Below, piece after piece: positions 9,112 to 19,541 of a stretch of DNA of 64,000 nucleotides. This DNA comes from Candidatus Woesebacteria bacterium UBA5941 (GTDB taxonomy: Bacteria; Patescibacteriota; Microgenomatia; UBA8517). Under the pieces are notes generated by a model. The model was not told where the DNA came from. It worked only from the letters and a program-made list of their open reading frames with translations, and searched no databases. How positions within the stretch are numbered: position 1 is the first letter of the stretch; each line of letters begins with the position of its first letter. Location of the stretch: positions 7,705 to 71,704 of the forward strand of contig DJCV01000010.1 in NCBI GenBank assembly GCA_002430735.1, given 5' to 3'. The translations under genes were made by a program, and so were the position numbers.

Positions 9112-10149
9112 ATGTCCACAGATCCAGTACTTGATACTATAAAAGCGTTTTCTTCACAGTTACTTCAAAGCTGGGAGCAGGTGTCTTCACTCACATTGTC
9201 GTACGATTTCGACAAAATTTTAAATGTCGTTCTGTGTGGAATGGGAGGTTCCGCATTAGGAGGAAGGATTGTCCATTCACTCACCGAGCGCTCATTGCAT
9301 TTACCATTTGAAGTCGTAACGGGATACCATGTTCCGTTTTATGTAGGAGAACAAACACTCGCTATTCTTTGTTCGTATTCAGGTTCCACTGAAGAGACAC
9401 TCAATGCATTTCACGAGGCTTATGAGAAGAGAGGTCAATTGTTTACCATAACAGTCGGTGGAAAATTAGCTGAGCTCGCAGGAGAGCATCAAATTCCAGG
9501 ATATACCATTAACCCAGAATTTAATCCTTCAAATCAACCGCGATTAGCGCTTGGTTATAACGTCGGGTCACTGCTCGCACTCTTTAATAAGGCAGGATTT
9601 CTGTCTATCTCACAAGAAGAATTTGCCAGTGCTGTCCACAAAGCGGAAGGCTATGCGCAAGAATTTTCTCCAGAAATGCCTGAGGAGAGTAATGAGCCTA
9701 AGCGAATGATTAATACGCTGACCAGCAAAATCCCGGTACTCATTGCCAGTGAGCATCTAGTGGGAAGTGCCCATGCATTTAAAAACCAATTAAACGAAAC
9801 CGCCAAGACCTTCTCAGCACTTTTTGATTTGCCAGAATTAAACCACCATTTGTTAGAAGGATTGTCTTTCCCTGCTGAAGAAAAAAAGCATTTGCATTTT
9901 GTATTCATTGAAAGCGACTTATATTCAGATCGAGTGAAGAAACGATACGCAATTACAAAGGATGTACTCGATAAAAATGGGATCACACATAGTAGTTACA
10001 AGGTAAGATCTATGGATACCTTGTCCCAAGTGTTTGAACTGTTAACCTTCGGTTCGTTTGTTCAGTATTATTTAGCACTTAAAAACAATGCAAAAATGAT
10101 GGAAATTCCATGGGTTGATTACTTCAAAGAAGAAATGGCAAAGGAGTAG
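9112..10149 (+). CDS. Bifunctional phosphoglucose/phosphomannose isomerase (SIS family)
   Basis: CGMGGSALGG, SYSGSTEET, QPRLALG, KNQLNETAK, PELNHH. Confidence 0.92.
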   Translation: MSTDPVLDTIKAFSSQLLQSWEQVSSLTLSYDFDKILNVVLCGMGGSALGGRIVHSLTERSLHLPFEVVTGYHVPFYVGEQTLAILCSYSGSTEETLNAFHEAYEKRGQLFTITVGGKLAELAGEHQIPGYTINPEFNPSNQPRLALGYNVGSLLALFNKAGFLSISQEEFASAVHKAEGYAQEFSPEMPEESNEPKRMINTLTSKIPVLIASEHLVGSAHAFKNQLNETAKTFSALFDLPELNHHLLEGLSFPAEEKKHLHFVFIESDLYSDRVKKRYAITKDVLDKNGITHSSYKVRSMDTLSQVFELLTFGSFVQYYLALKNNAKMMEIPWVDYFKEEMAKE

Positions 10150-10168
10150 TAGCGAGCTACTCCTTCGC
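10138..10168 (-). terminator. Hairpin terminating orphan 10181-10789, overlapping the last codons of pgi/pmi
   Basis: AAGGAGTAG(10141-49)/CTACTCCTT(10157-65), extendable to 12 bp with a G-U pair on the minus strand. Confidence 0.55.
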
Positions 10169-10180
10169 GAAATGAATTTG

Positions 10181-10789
10181 CTAACTACCAACTGCAATTG
10201 CAAAAAGCGCATCCTGGATTGTTTCGTATCGCCTCTGTTCGTGCGCTGCGAACATAAACGCTGCCTGTTGCAGAGGCGTATTCCCAACATAGTTATCATG
10301 GGCGCGCACCCAGGCAATAGTACCCGGAAACGGATTCGTGTCATCCAATCCGAGACGAAACACTGCATCAGATTGTTTAACAGTAATTGCTCCATTGATC
10401 ACAAAGATCTTGTCGTCACGGAGGGTTGTTGCGCCATCCTTCCAAATGCTGAGTCGAATAAGATATACCTCATCAATCTCAATCCCTAACTTGCGCCAGA
10501 GAGACGGAAAGATAGTGCCTAAAATCGTTGGATAATAGATATCGAGCATTGTTTTCAATGCACTCGCATCTTGCGCACGCGCTGGAAGTTCCGTTGGGAA
10601 GTGAACTCCAATCCTCGGATCATCCGAATACAACTGGGTAAACAATTCGCCAACGACAACAAGAGGATGTGCCTGGCCCAAGATGAAAAAATGCCCGAGT
10701 TGAATTTCTGTCCCGCCATCCTTCGGTATCTGAAACATCGTCCCTCTAATGTCACACTTGGAAAACTCATTGAAGTCTAAAGCAACCAT
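10181..10789 (-). CDS. Orphan protein, 202 aa (SD-led unit)
   Basis: Minus-strand TATAAT 10829-34, AAGGAG, ATG; fills the gap between pgi/pmi and ppsA. Confidence 0.7.
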   Translation of the reverse strand: MVALDFNEFSKCDIRGTMFQIPKDGGTEIQLGHFFILGQAHPLVVVGELFTQLYSDDPRIGVHFPTELPARAQDASALKTMLDIYYPTILGTIFPSLWRKLGIEIDEVYLIRLSIWKDGATTLRDDKIFVINGAITVKQSDAVFRLGLDDTNPFPGTIAWVRAHDNYVGNTPLQQAAFMFAAHEQRRYETIQDALFAIAVGS

Positions 10790-10899
10790 ACAAACGACTC
10801 CTTTATCCCAATCTTATGCGATAAACGTATTATATAATAATTTCAGTTTTCTCGCTTGCACTGACTGCAAAACTTCTCTACTATGAATAAGTAACGTAT

Positions 10900-13176
10900 A
10901 TGCCAACTGCCCACCCGTTAGTCGCATTCTTCAAAGATATCGATAAACACGATATTCCTTTAGTCGGTGGAAAAGGTGCCAATTTGGGAGAGATGACCCA
11001 GGCAGAGTTTCCAGTACCGTATGGATTTGCAGTAACCGTTGTCTCATACGATCGATTCTTGGACGATAGCGGATTGCGAGATGAAATCAATGCAATACTC
11101 GCACAACTTGATGTTGATAATTCTGATGAATTAAATAGAGCAACGAAACATATTGAGCGACGAATCCTCAATGCTGATTTCCCAGAAGATGTTGCAAAAG
11201 AAGTATTAGTCGCTTACCGAAAACTTTCAGGAATGCTTTCAAAAGCCACAGTCGCTGTCAGAAGCTCCGCAACAGCAGAAGATCTTCCAGGCGCTAGCTT
11301 CGCAGGTCAACAAGCAACATTCCTAGACGTTAAAGGTGACAAAGATTTATTGCAAAAAATTAAAGAGTGTTGGGCTTCACTATTTACTGCGCGAGCAATT
11401 TTCTACCGCGTACAAAACAAAATTAAACACGATCGAGTGAAAATTTGTGTGATCGTTCAAAAAATGGTGCAATCCGAAGTTTCTGGTGTTATGTTCTCAA
11501 TGAACCCAGTTACAAACGAAAAAGATAGAATCGTTATCGAATCAGTATGGGGTCTGGGAGAAATGATTGTGCAGGGTTCTGTTCTTCCTGATAAATACGT
11601 TGTACAAAAGGAAACATTTGCAATCCTTTCAAAAGAAGTATCTGATCAATCAAAACAATTAGTGCGCAGTAAAACAGGAACGGAAGAAAAACCAGTTCCA
11701 ATGGGATGGCGTGACAAACAAAAGATTACAGACAAGGAAATCGTAGCATTAGCAAAACTCGCGGATAGACTCCAAGCTCACTATTATTTTCCACAAGATA
11801 TTGAATGGGCAAAGCAAAATGGAAAGCTCTACATTACTCAAACCCGTCCAATAACAACGATGGCTGCAGTTAAAAAAGCCAGCAGTCAAACCGTCGGAGA
11901 GATGGAAGTTGCAGCACCAATATTACACGGAACATCTGCAAGTCCAGGAGTTGGAACAGGTCGCGTTAAGATTTTGAAGTCTCCGAAGGAGATCGGGAAA
12001 ATTCATGAAGGTGACATCTTAGTTGCTGAGATGACTTCCCCTGATTATGTTCCCGCAATGAAGAAAGCTGCCGCTATTATCACTGATGCCGGAGGATCGA
12101 CTTCTCACGCAGCAATCGTTTCACGAGAACTTGGCGTTCCTTGTGTTGTTGGAACGCGTGATGCGACACACAAGTTAAAGGATGACGTTGTGGTAACTGT
12201 AGACGGTACAAAAGGGCTCGTGTATTTGGGTGGAAAACTCCCAGCTGGCTCTGAGCCTCTGGTCAAGAAAGTGTTGAAGAAAAAGAAGCGAAAAATTAAA
12301 ACAGCAACAAAGATTTATGTTAATTTAGCAGAACCAGAACGTGCTCGAGAAATTGCAAAGAAACACGTAGATGGAGTTGGACTCCTACGAGCTGAGTTTA
12401 TGATTGCAAACATTGGGATCCATCCAAAAGAAGCAATTAAGCAAAAAACACAAGATAAGTTTATTAAAAAGCTCGCTCACGACTTAGAGACATTTTGTGC
12501 AGCATTTTATCCACGTCCAGTTACATATCGTGCGACTGACTTTAAGACAAATGAATATAGAGCCCTCCCTGGGGGTAAAGTATGGGAACCAATTGAGCCA
12601 AACCCACTCCTTGGTTTCCGTGGAGCATTCAGATATGTCGCAAACCCAGAAGTATTCAACCTTGAGTTGCAAGCCATAAAGCTTGTTCGAGAGAAATACA
12701 AGAATTTGAACCTTATGATTCCATTTTGTCGATCTCCTGAAGAATTAGCTCGGGTTCGAAGACTGGTTTCAGCATCAGGTCTTTTTGAAAGCACGACATT
12801 TAAGTTCCTCATGATGTGTGAACTCCCAGTCAATGTCATCTTGCTCGAAGAATTTATTAAGGTTGGAATAGACGGAGTGTCTATCGGAAGCAATGACTTG
12901 ACGATGTTGCTGCTTGGTACAGATCGTGATAATTCTGAAGTTGCCCAAGCATTTAACGAACGATCAGAAGCCGTTGATTGGGCATTAAAGAGAGTTATTA
13001 AAACCTGTAACAAATATGGCATTACGTCATCAATCTGTGGTCAGGCACCATCAACATATGAAGATTTAGTGGAGAAGTTAGTAAAATGGGGTGTTACTGG
13101 AATCTCTGTGAATCCAGATGCGGTTGAACGAGTACGCGAAGTTGTTTCAAAGACCGAAAAGGAAGTTATTTCCTAA
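10900..13176 (+). CDS. ppsA: Phosphoenolpyruvate synthase
   Basis: VGGKGANLGE, AVRSSATAED, SFAGQ, TSHAAIVSRE, GLLRAEF, NPLLGFRG, SIGSNDL, ICGQ. Confidence 0.96.
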   Translation: MPTAHPLVAFFKDIDKHDIPLVGGKGANLGEMTQAEFPVPYGFAVTVVSYDRFLDDSGLRDEINAILAQLDVDNSDELNRATKHIERRILNADFPEDVAKEVLVAYRKLSGMLSKATVAVRSSATAEDLPGASFAGQQATFLDVKGDKDLLQKIKECWASLFTARAIFYRVQNKIKHDRVKICVIVQKMVQSEVSGVMFSMNPVTNEKDRIVIESVWGLGEMIVQGSVLPDKYVVQKETFAILSKEVSDQSKQLVRSKTGTEEKPVPMGWRDKQKITDKEIVALAKLADRLQAHYYFPQDIEWAKQNGKLYITQTRPITTMAAVKKASSQTVGEMEVAAPILHGTSASPGVGTGRVKILKSPKEIGKIHEGDILVAEMTSPDYVPAMKKAAAIITDAGGSTSHAAIVSRELGVPCVVGTRDATHKLKDDVVVTVDGTKGLVYLGGKLPAGSEPLVKKVLKKKKRKIKTATKIYVNLAEPERAREIAKKHVDGVGLLRAEFMIANIGIHPKEAIKQKTQDKFIKKLAHDLETFCAAFYPRPVTYRATDFKTNEYRALPGGKVWEPIEPNPLLGFRGAFRYVANPEVFNLELQAIKLVREKYKNLNLMIPFCRSPEELARVRRLVSASGLFESTTFKFLMMCELPVNVILLEEFIKVGIDGVSIGSNDLTMLLLGTDRDNSEVAQAFNERSEAVDWALKRVIKTCNKYGITSSICGQAPSTYEDLVEKLVKWGVTGISVNPDAVERVREVVSKTEKEVIS

Positions 13177-13209
13177 CATTCGATAAGAATTACTTTATAA
13201 TGATCTTCA

Positions 13210-14490
13210 ATGGCTAAGATAACCAAAATTTGGGCGAGAGAAATATTAGATTCTCGTGCTACTCCGACTGTTGAAGCTGCGTGCCAACTCGATACTGGGC
13301 TGATTGCAGTTGCATCAGTCCCTTCAGGAATGTCGACCGGATCCCACGAAGCGCTTGAACTGCGTGATGGAGATGCGACCAGATACTGGGGTAAGGGAGT
13401 ATTGAAAGCCGTTTCGAACGTCAATACGGTTCTAGGCCCAGCTATTGCACAAGCAGGAATTGATGCGTCAAATCAGCAACAAGTTGATGATTTATTGAGA
13501 CAACTCGACGGCACTGAGAATAAGTCTAAATTAGGCGCAAACAGCATACTTGCGGTATCACAAGTAATATTAAAGGCTGGAGCTGCAAGTCAAAACATGC
13601 CAATTTACCAGTGGGTTGCAATGCTTGCAAAAGCAAAAGGAATCGAAGCTCGAATTCACGCTCCCACCCCACTTTTTAACATGATAAACGGAGGATTGCA
13701 TGGGGCAGGAAACCTCGACTTCCAAGAATTTTTTGTAATTCCTGCAAGTTCAAAGCCGTATTCAGAAGGGCTTCGTATTGGAGTGGAAATCTACATGACA
13801 ATTGGAAATAACTTAGCAAGACGAGGTGCAATTCACTCTGTTGGGAATGAAGGAGGATATGCGCCGAATTTGTTCACCAATACCGATGCCCTTGAAATAT
13901 TAGTAGAGTCAATCAGGGAAGCTAATTACCAAATTGGCCGAGATGTATTTCTCGGGTTAGATGTTGCAGCAGACACATTTTATAAAAACGGTGTGTACAC
14001 CATTCGCGATAAATCTACTCCATTAAACGAGACAGCGTTGATTGAATTTTATAAAGAAGTAAACAATATGTATCACTTAGCAGTACTTGAAGACCCACTG
14101 TATGAAGACGGGTGGGAGGGGTGGAAGAAGTTGAGACAAACGTTAGGTGACCAAATTGCAATTGTTGGGGATGACTTATTAGTTACCAATCCAAAACGTG
14201 TTGAAAAAGCAATTGCAGAGGAAGCATGTAATGCAATTTTAGTTAAGCCAAACCAGATTGGAACTATTTCAGAAACAATTGATGTTATTAAAAAAGCACG
14301 AGACGCGAAGTGGAAGGTTATTGTCTCTCACAGGTCTGGAGAAACTAATGAATTTTTAATTGCAGACTTTGCCACAGGAGTGGGCGCTGATTATGTGAAG
14401 TTCGGTGCTCCTGCACGAGGAGAGCGCGTTGCCAAATACAATAGACTTCTTTCTATTGAAGCAGAGCTCATGATGACTCAAAACAAATAA
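13210..14490 (+). CDS. eno: Enolase
   Basis: REILDSR, HEALELRD, DFQEF, VGDDL, KPNQIG, SHRSGET, ERVAKYNRL. Confidence 0.98.
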   Translation: MAKITKIWAREILDSRATPTVEAACQLDTGLIAVASVPSGMSTGSHEALELRDGDATRYWGKGVLKAVSNVNTVLGPAIAQAGIDASNQQQVDDLLRQLDGTENKSKLGANSILAVSQVILKAGAASQNMPIYQWVAMLAKAKGIEARIHAPTPLFNMINGGLHGAGNLDFQEFFVIPASSKPYSEGLRIGVEIYMTIGNNLARRGAIHSVGNEGGYAPNLFTNTDALEILVESIREANYQIGRDVFLGLDVAADTFYKNGVYTIRDKSTPLNETALIEFYKEVNNMYHLAVLEDPLYEDGWEGWKKLRQTLGDQIAIVGDDLLVTNPKRVEKAIAEEACNAILVKPNQIGTISETIDVIKKARDAKWKVIVSHRSGETNEFLIADFATGVGADYVKFGAPARGERVAKYNRLLSIEAELMMTQNK

Positions 14491-14726
14491 AAGACCACGG
14501 GGTATTCCCGTGGTTGCAGTCTATCACTTGCTAAAAATCTGCTGAATTTCCTCGAATGGTTAATACAACTGCTGAAATAAGAAATGCTTACTAGTACGAC
14601 TACCGCGATGTGCGACTGTGTTTCTCTTGGTAGACCAGTACGGGACAACGACTGTTCATACTCAATAAGCACCCATACTCCAAGTAGAGAAAAGAAAATA
14701 CCAATACCTCTCACGAAAATTTTCAT
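14478..14726 (-). CDS. Orphan two-TM protein (SD-led unit), probably frameshifted near its 3' end
   Basis: TATACT 14759-64, AGGAG, ATG 14726 (MKIFVRG...); the frame runs through its own terminator, while a shifted frame ends TGA-TAG at 14521-26. Confidence 0.55.
   Translation of the reverse strand: MKIFVRGIGIFFSLLGVWVLIEYEQSLSRTGLPRETQSHIAVVVLVSISYFSSCINHSRKFSRFLASDRLQPREYPVVFYLF
14485..14514 (-). terminator. Intrinsic terminator between eno and the orphan gene
   Basis: ACCACGGG-5nt-CCCGTGGT with a T-rich tail on the minus strand. Confidence 0.7.
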
Positions 14727-14807
14727 GTTACTCTCCTGTAATCGTCGTTCTGACTCAGAGTATACAACCGCAAATACAGGATTCAAGTGTAGTACACTAA
14801 AGAACAT

Positions 14808-16469
14808 ATGAAAGATCATAGGTTTGCGATGCTTGTTGTCCTTGATGGATGGGGAGTAGGACCTGCGAGTCCAGGGAACGCAATGTCACAAGCAAATACT
14901 CCGAACATGAAACGCTTCTTAGCCAGCTTTCCTCATACTCAATTGGGTGCGTCAGGAGAATCAGTCGGGTTACCTCGCGGTGAAGTAGGTAATACTGAAA
15001 CAGGTCATTTAAATTTAGGTGCTGGACGTATTGTGTACCAAGATCTCGCCCGTATTAATATGTCTATTGCGGATGGGTCATTTTTTGAAAACCAAGTGCT
15101 CATTGATGCGACAGAGCATGTAATTAAAAACAAATCAAAACTGCATGTCATGGGTCTTATTGGAGCAGGGGGAGTGCATAGCAACATTGAACACTTATAT
15201 GCACTCTTACACTTTGCCGCACAGAAGCACATTTCCGAAGTGTATCTCCATGCCTTTACCGATGGACGGGATTCACCACCTAACGCAAGCGCAACGTATT
15301 TATCTCAAGTACAGGATGTTATGAATCGAGAGAAGGTAGGGAAAATCGCTTCAGTGATGGGCCGCTACTGGGCAATGGACAGAGACCTTCGGTGGGATAG
15401 AACAGCAAAAGCGTATTTTGCATTAACCAAAGGCGAGGGTCATTTGTTTAAAACCGCAAAAGAAATCATTGATGATTCATACTTAAGAGGGCAGTCTGAT
15501 GAATTTATTGAGCCATCACTTATTTCAGATGCAGCGGGCAAACCGATTGCGTTAATTGAAAATAACGATGCAGTTGTCTTTTTCAATTTCAGAATTGATC
15601 GTCCACGACAACTCGCCCGTGCATTTATCCTTCCAGAGATTTCAAGTGAAATGGGGTTTGATCCATACACCATTAAATACGAAAAACATCACATGCGTGA
15701 CAAAAATGTTCCTACCATTGGATTTCAAAGAGGGCCACTGTTGACTAATTTATTCTTTGGAACAATGACCGAATACGAGAAGCCTTTAATTGAAGCAGGA
15801 GCGAGACCACTTTTCCCACCAGAACATATTTCAATGCCATTAGGGCGCGCAGTATCTGTCGAAGGGTTAAGACAGCTGCGTGCGTCAGAAAGCGAAAAGG
15901 AGCGGTTTGTGACGTTTTATTTTAATGGGCAACAAGAAACTGCGTTTCCAGGAGAAGAGCGGTTAATTGTTCCTTCACCGAAAGTGCCAACGTATGATTT
16001 AAAGCCTGAAATGAGCGCTGTTGAATTGACCGAGGCAGTGTATCAAAAACTGTTGCATGACGGTGACTTTGCATTGGTTGTTATTAATTTTGCCAATGCT
16101 GACATGGTAGGGCACACGGGAAACTTAAGCGCTGCGATTAAAGCACTGGAAACATTAGATGTATGTTTAGGAAAACTCTCACAATATGTGTTGTCACGCG
16201 GTGGGCTCATGGTGATTACTGCAGACCACGGAAATGCAGAAGAAATGATTAATCCAAAGTCGGGCGCGGTGTCTACCGAACACACAGACAACCCGGTTCC
16301 ATTTATTGCAATCGCGAAGGAATTTGAAGCGAAGCCTGAAATGATTCCATCGGGAATATTAGCAGACGTTGCACCGACCATTTTGTCCTACTTAAATATT
16401 GGGATTCCTGCTTCCATGATGGGACGGAACTTGCTTGCAGACTTTAAAACATCTACACTCTCTCGATGA
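14808..16469 (+). CDS. gpmI: 2,3-bisphosphoglycerate-independent phosphoglycerate mutase
   Basis: VLDGWG, GHLNLGAGR, DGRD, GRYWAMDRD, NFRIDR, DMVGHTG, TADHGNAE. Confidence 0.96.
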   Translation: MKDHRFAMLVVLDGWGVGPASPGNAMSQANTPNMKRFLASFPHTQLGASGESVGLPRGEVGNTETGHLNLGAGRIVYQDLARINMSIADGSFFENQVLIDATEHVIKNKSKLHVMGLIGAGGVHSNIEHLYALLHFAAQKHISEVYLHAFTDGRDSPPNASATYLSQVQDVMNREKVGKIASVMGRYWAMDRDLRWDRTAKAYFALTKGEGHLFKTAKEIIDDSYLRGQSDEFIEPSLISDAAGKPIALIENNDAVVFFNFRIDRPRQLARAFILPEISSEMGFDPYTIKYEKHHMRDKNVPTIGFQRGPLLTNLFFGTMTEYEKPLIEAGARPLFPPEHISMPLGRAVSVEGLRQLRASESEKERFVTFYFNGQQETAFPGEERLIVPSPKVPTYDLKPEMSAVELTEAVYQKLLHDGDFALVVINFANADMVGHTGNLSAAIKALETLDVCLGKLSQYVLSRGGLMVITADHGNAEEMINPKSGAVSTEHTDNPVPFIAIAKEFEAKPEMIPSGILADVAPTILSYLNIGIPASMMGRNLLADFKTSTLSR

Positions 16470-18256
16470 CCACAAACGACACGCTACCTGTGTGGGATCT
16501 CTCTCCATTCTATAAAAGTCCTACTGACCCAAAGATTAAGTCTGATATGTCACTCCTGGCAAAAGAGTACCAGGCAATTCAGAAAAAATATAAAGGAAAA
16601 GTTCACGAATTATCAGGGGAGCAAATGGAGGCCCTTGTTGAAATAATGGAAGCGTTAAGTTTGAAATCCGGAAAACTCGGTGCATTTGCATCACTCCTTA
16701 CAACCGTTGATACCAAAAACGAGGGGTATGGTGCCCTGCAGCAAAAAATAACAGAATGGGCAGCGGACCTTTCTAAATACACTTTATTTTTTGGTATTGA
16801 ATGGAAAAAAGTGCCAGAAGAGAAAGCACTCCGTGTTATTAACGCTGTTAAAAATCCAACATACAAGCATTTCCTGACACACATGAGAGCATTTGCCCCC
16901 TATGCACTTTCTGAAGAAATAGAAGAAGTATTGATTGAGAAAGATGTCACCGGGTGGGAGAGTTGGGAGCGACTGTTTACCCAAATGACTTCTTCATTTA
17001 TCTACCTATTTAATAGAAAGAAACTGACTCAATCAGAGGTCATGAAATTACTGTCAGATCCACAGCGTGTCGTTCGAAAACAAGCATCAGAGGTGATAAC
17101 TGAAACGCTTTTTGAACGAAAAATGGAGCTTACACACATCTACAACACGCTTATTGCTGACAAAATGCTTGAAGATAAACGCCGTACATACCCTTCGTGG
17201 CTCACTGGTCGAAACCTGGGAAACAAAGTGAGCGACAAAGTCGTTAACAAATTAATCGAAAGTGTAACCGGACGGTACGATATTGTGTCTAGACACTATA
17301 CATTGAAGCGAAAACTGCTTGGACTCTCTGAACTGATGGACTTTGATCGATATGCACCGCTGAACCTATCCAAGAAAGAAACAAACATTCCATGGAATGA
17401 CGCAGTCGCGATTGTACAATCTGCATACCGTGACTTTAGTCCTGAAATGGGAGATGTTGTTGAAACGCTTTTCAAAGAAAACGCAATTCATGCTGCACTC
17501 CTTCCTCACAAGCGGCCTGGAGCTTTCTCAGCATCAACGATTGCATCAATTCATCCGTATATTCTCATGAACTACACAGGAAAAGATGATGATGTTATGA
17601 CACTCGCACATGAACTTGGTCATGCGATCCACCAGTATCTAGCAGGAAAAACCCATGGACAAATTGGGATGGGAATGCCATTAACCACCCAGGAATTGGC
17701 TTCAACCTTTGGTGAAATGATCACCTTTTCAAAACTTAAAGAAACAGTCGAAGGAAAGGAAAAATTAGCACTTCTTATGAAAAAAACTGACAGCATTATT
17801 GCAACAGTCTTTAGACAAACGGCCATGCATTGCTTTGAAGATGCAGTGCACTGGAAAAGACGAAAAAAAGGAGAACTGAAATATGATGACTTTTGTGAAG
17901 TGTGGATGAAAACTCAACGCGCAATGTTTGGTAAAAGCGTGAAATTGCGTGAAGAGTACCGAGGATGGTGGAGCTATATCCCTCATTTTATCCATACGCC
18001 CGGATACGTTTATTCATATGCATTTGGAGAACTACTCGCACTCTCGCTGTATAAACTCTATATAACGAACCCTCACGAATTCACTCCTACATATGTTGCA
18101 CTCTTAAAAGCTGGAAACTCTGATTACCCTGAGAACTTACTCAAGAAAGCTGGCGTGGATATTACAACGGATAGCATTTGGTACGAAGGACTCTCCGTGA
18201 TCGATGAGTTTGTGGCAGAAGAAACGAAACTGGCAACAGAGCTTGGGCTCATTTAA
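16466..18256 (+). CDS. pepF: Oligoendopeptidase F (M3B)
   Basis: WDLS, HPYILMNY, TLAHELGH, ELASTFGE, YVYSYAFG. Confidence 0.93.
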   Translation: MTTNDTLPVWDLSPFYKSPTDPKIKSDMSLLAKEYQAIQKKYKGKVHELSGEQMEALVEIMEALSLKSGKLGAFASLLTTVDTKNEGYGALQQKITEWAADLSKYTLFFGIEWKKVPEEKALRVINAVKNPTYKHFLTHMRAFAPYALSEEIEEVLIEKDVTGWESWERLFTQMTSSFIYLFNRKKLTQSEVMKLLSDPQRVVRKQASEVITETLFERKMELTHIYNTLIADKMLEDKRRTYPSWLTGRNLGNKVSDKVVNKLIESVTGRYDIVSRHYTLKRKLLGLSELMDFDRYAPLNLSKKETNIPWNDAVAIVQSAYRDFSPEMGDVVETLFKENAIHAALLPHKRPGAFSASTIASIHPYILMNYTGKDDDVMTLAHELGHAIHQYLAGKTHGQIGMGMPLTTQELASTFGEMITFSKLKETVEGKEKLALLMKKTDSIIATVFRQTAMHCFEDAVHWKRRKKGELKYDDFCEVWMKTQRAMFGKSVKLREEYRGWWSYIPHFIHTPGYVYSYAFGELLALSLYKLYITNPHEFTPTYVALLKAGNSDYPENLLKKAGVDITTDSIWYEGLSVIDEFVAEETKLATELGLI

Positions 18257-19494
18257 GAAGCTGCCATTAGTTCCTCCAACTCTTTTACATTTCCAAACGC
18301 AATCCGATCAGGAATATTTTCTTTCGCGTTCAGCATGCGTGCAGAAGTAATTGTATATAACCCATACCGGGTGTTTACGGCATCACAGGCACTTGAAAGT
18401 GAGAGATCTCGATCAATGTCCGTAAAGAGCGCTCTCTGCATATGAATATTGTCTCGCAAATCAAAACAAGAGACCGCGAGGTTTCGGACTGGCTTTCGGG
18501 GACTTTCTTCAAGAATACGAAATGCTGCCTGATAAAAATCTTGAGTAATCCACAAATCTCGATCTGTTTTATGCCCGCGATGATAGTAGCTCCCATCGCG
18601 ATATTGAATGCCCAGATGAATTCCACGAGCGCAATATCCCGCTTTTCGAACACGACTACTCATCTTCGTAACGAGCTTTGAAAGAAGGGGAGAGAGATCT
18701 TTGATCTCCTCAAACGGTTTGGGGAGTGCATAGCTATTTCCATATGTTCTTCGACCAAATTCAAAACGATCAATCTCATATCCATGCAATCGCATAAACC
18801 AGTAATATCCATTCACACTTTCAAAGGCAGCTTTCAGTTTCCATAAAGGAGCGCTATAAAAATCCCAAACTGAATAAATTCCCATTCGATTGAGACGTGC
18901 AGCGTTCTTTTCTTTAATACCAGTTAGACTCATGAGCGGAAGCCTCCGAAAAACTTCTTCATAATTCACAGAGTCAATAACATCCAACCCATCAGGCTTT
19001 GTAATTCCAGCCGCTTGTTTTGCTAAGAATCGATTTGGACCAATGCCAATTGATACAGTTAAAGAATCTCCAATTTCACGCGTTATAGCTTTTTTAATAT
19101 CTTGAGCAATCGTTACCATGCCAGTTCGATGCACTGAGAGCACTTCATCAAAATGAAGTACAAATTCATCAATCGACTTCGGAAAAAAGTCATAGGTATA
19201 TCGTGCAAGAAGTTTTCGAAATTCTCGATGAATGTGCCTGTATTTTTGAGGGTCAGGACCCATGACAATTAAATTTCGGCAAAACAGTTTTGCGTCTTTC
19301 ACCCGCATTCCCGTCTTTACTCCTTTTCTTTTTGCTTCATATGAAGCCGCTAAAATACAGCCATTGGGAGATGGATATGCAGCAACAGCTACAGGCCTAT
19401 TCCGAAGCAAGTGATTTGCTTGTTGTTCAATGGAGGCAAAACACGCATTTAAATCAATATGCATAACAAGCGGTGCGACGGGGTTAAACGGCAT
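18253..19494 (-). CDS. dinB: Y-family DNA polymerase (DinB/Pol IV-like); start uncertain (19494 or 19566)
   Basis: HIDLNACFASIEQ, AASYEAK..GVKTGM, SIDE, SIGIGPNRFLAK, KPDG, clamp motif QRALF. Confidence 0.93.
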   Translation of the reverse strand: MPFNPVAPLVMHIDLNACFASIEQQANHLLRNRPVAVAAYPSPNGCILAASYEAKRKGVKTGMRVKDAKLFCRNLIVMGPDPQKYRHIHREFRKLLARYTYDFFPKSIDEFVLHFDEVLSVHRTGMVTIAQDIKKAITREIGDSLTVSIGIGPNRFLAKQAAGITKPDGLDVIDSVNYEEVFRRLPLMSLTGIKEKNAARLNRMGIYSVWDFYSAPLWKLKAAFESVNGYYWFMRLHGYEIDRFEFGRRTYGNSYALPKPFEEIKDLSPLLSKLVTKMSSRVRKAGYCARGIHLGIQYRDGSYYHRGHKTDRDLWITQDFYQAAFRILEESPRKPVRNLAVSCFDLRDNIHMQRALFTDIDRDLSLSSACDAVNTRYGLYTITSARMLNAKENIPDRIAFGNVKELEELMAAS

Positions 19495-19541
19495 ATCGTT
19501 CAAGGGAAAGCGGGGAGTATTATGCGTCTCCTTCACGGCAT

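Noticed and set aside
13210-14490. Inactive enolase (VGNEGG instead of VGDEGG)
   Set aside because: The catalytic Glu, Lys, metal ligands and SHRSGET motif are retained; treated as ordinary divergence.
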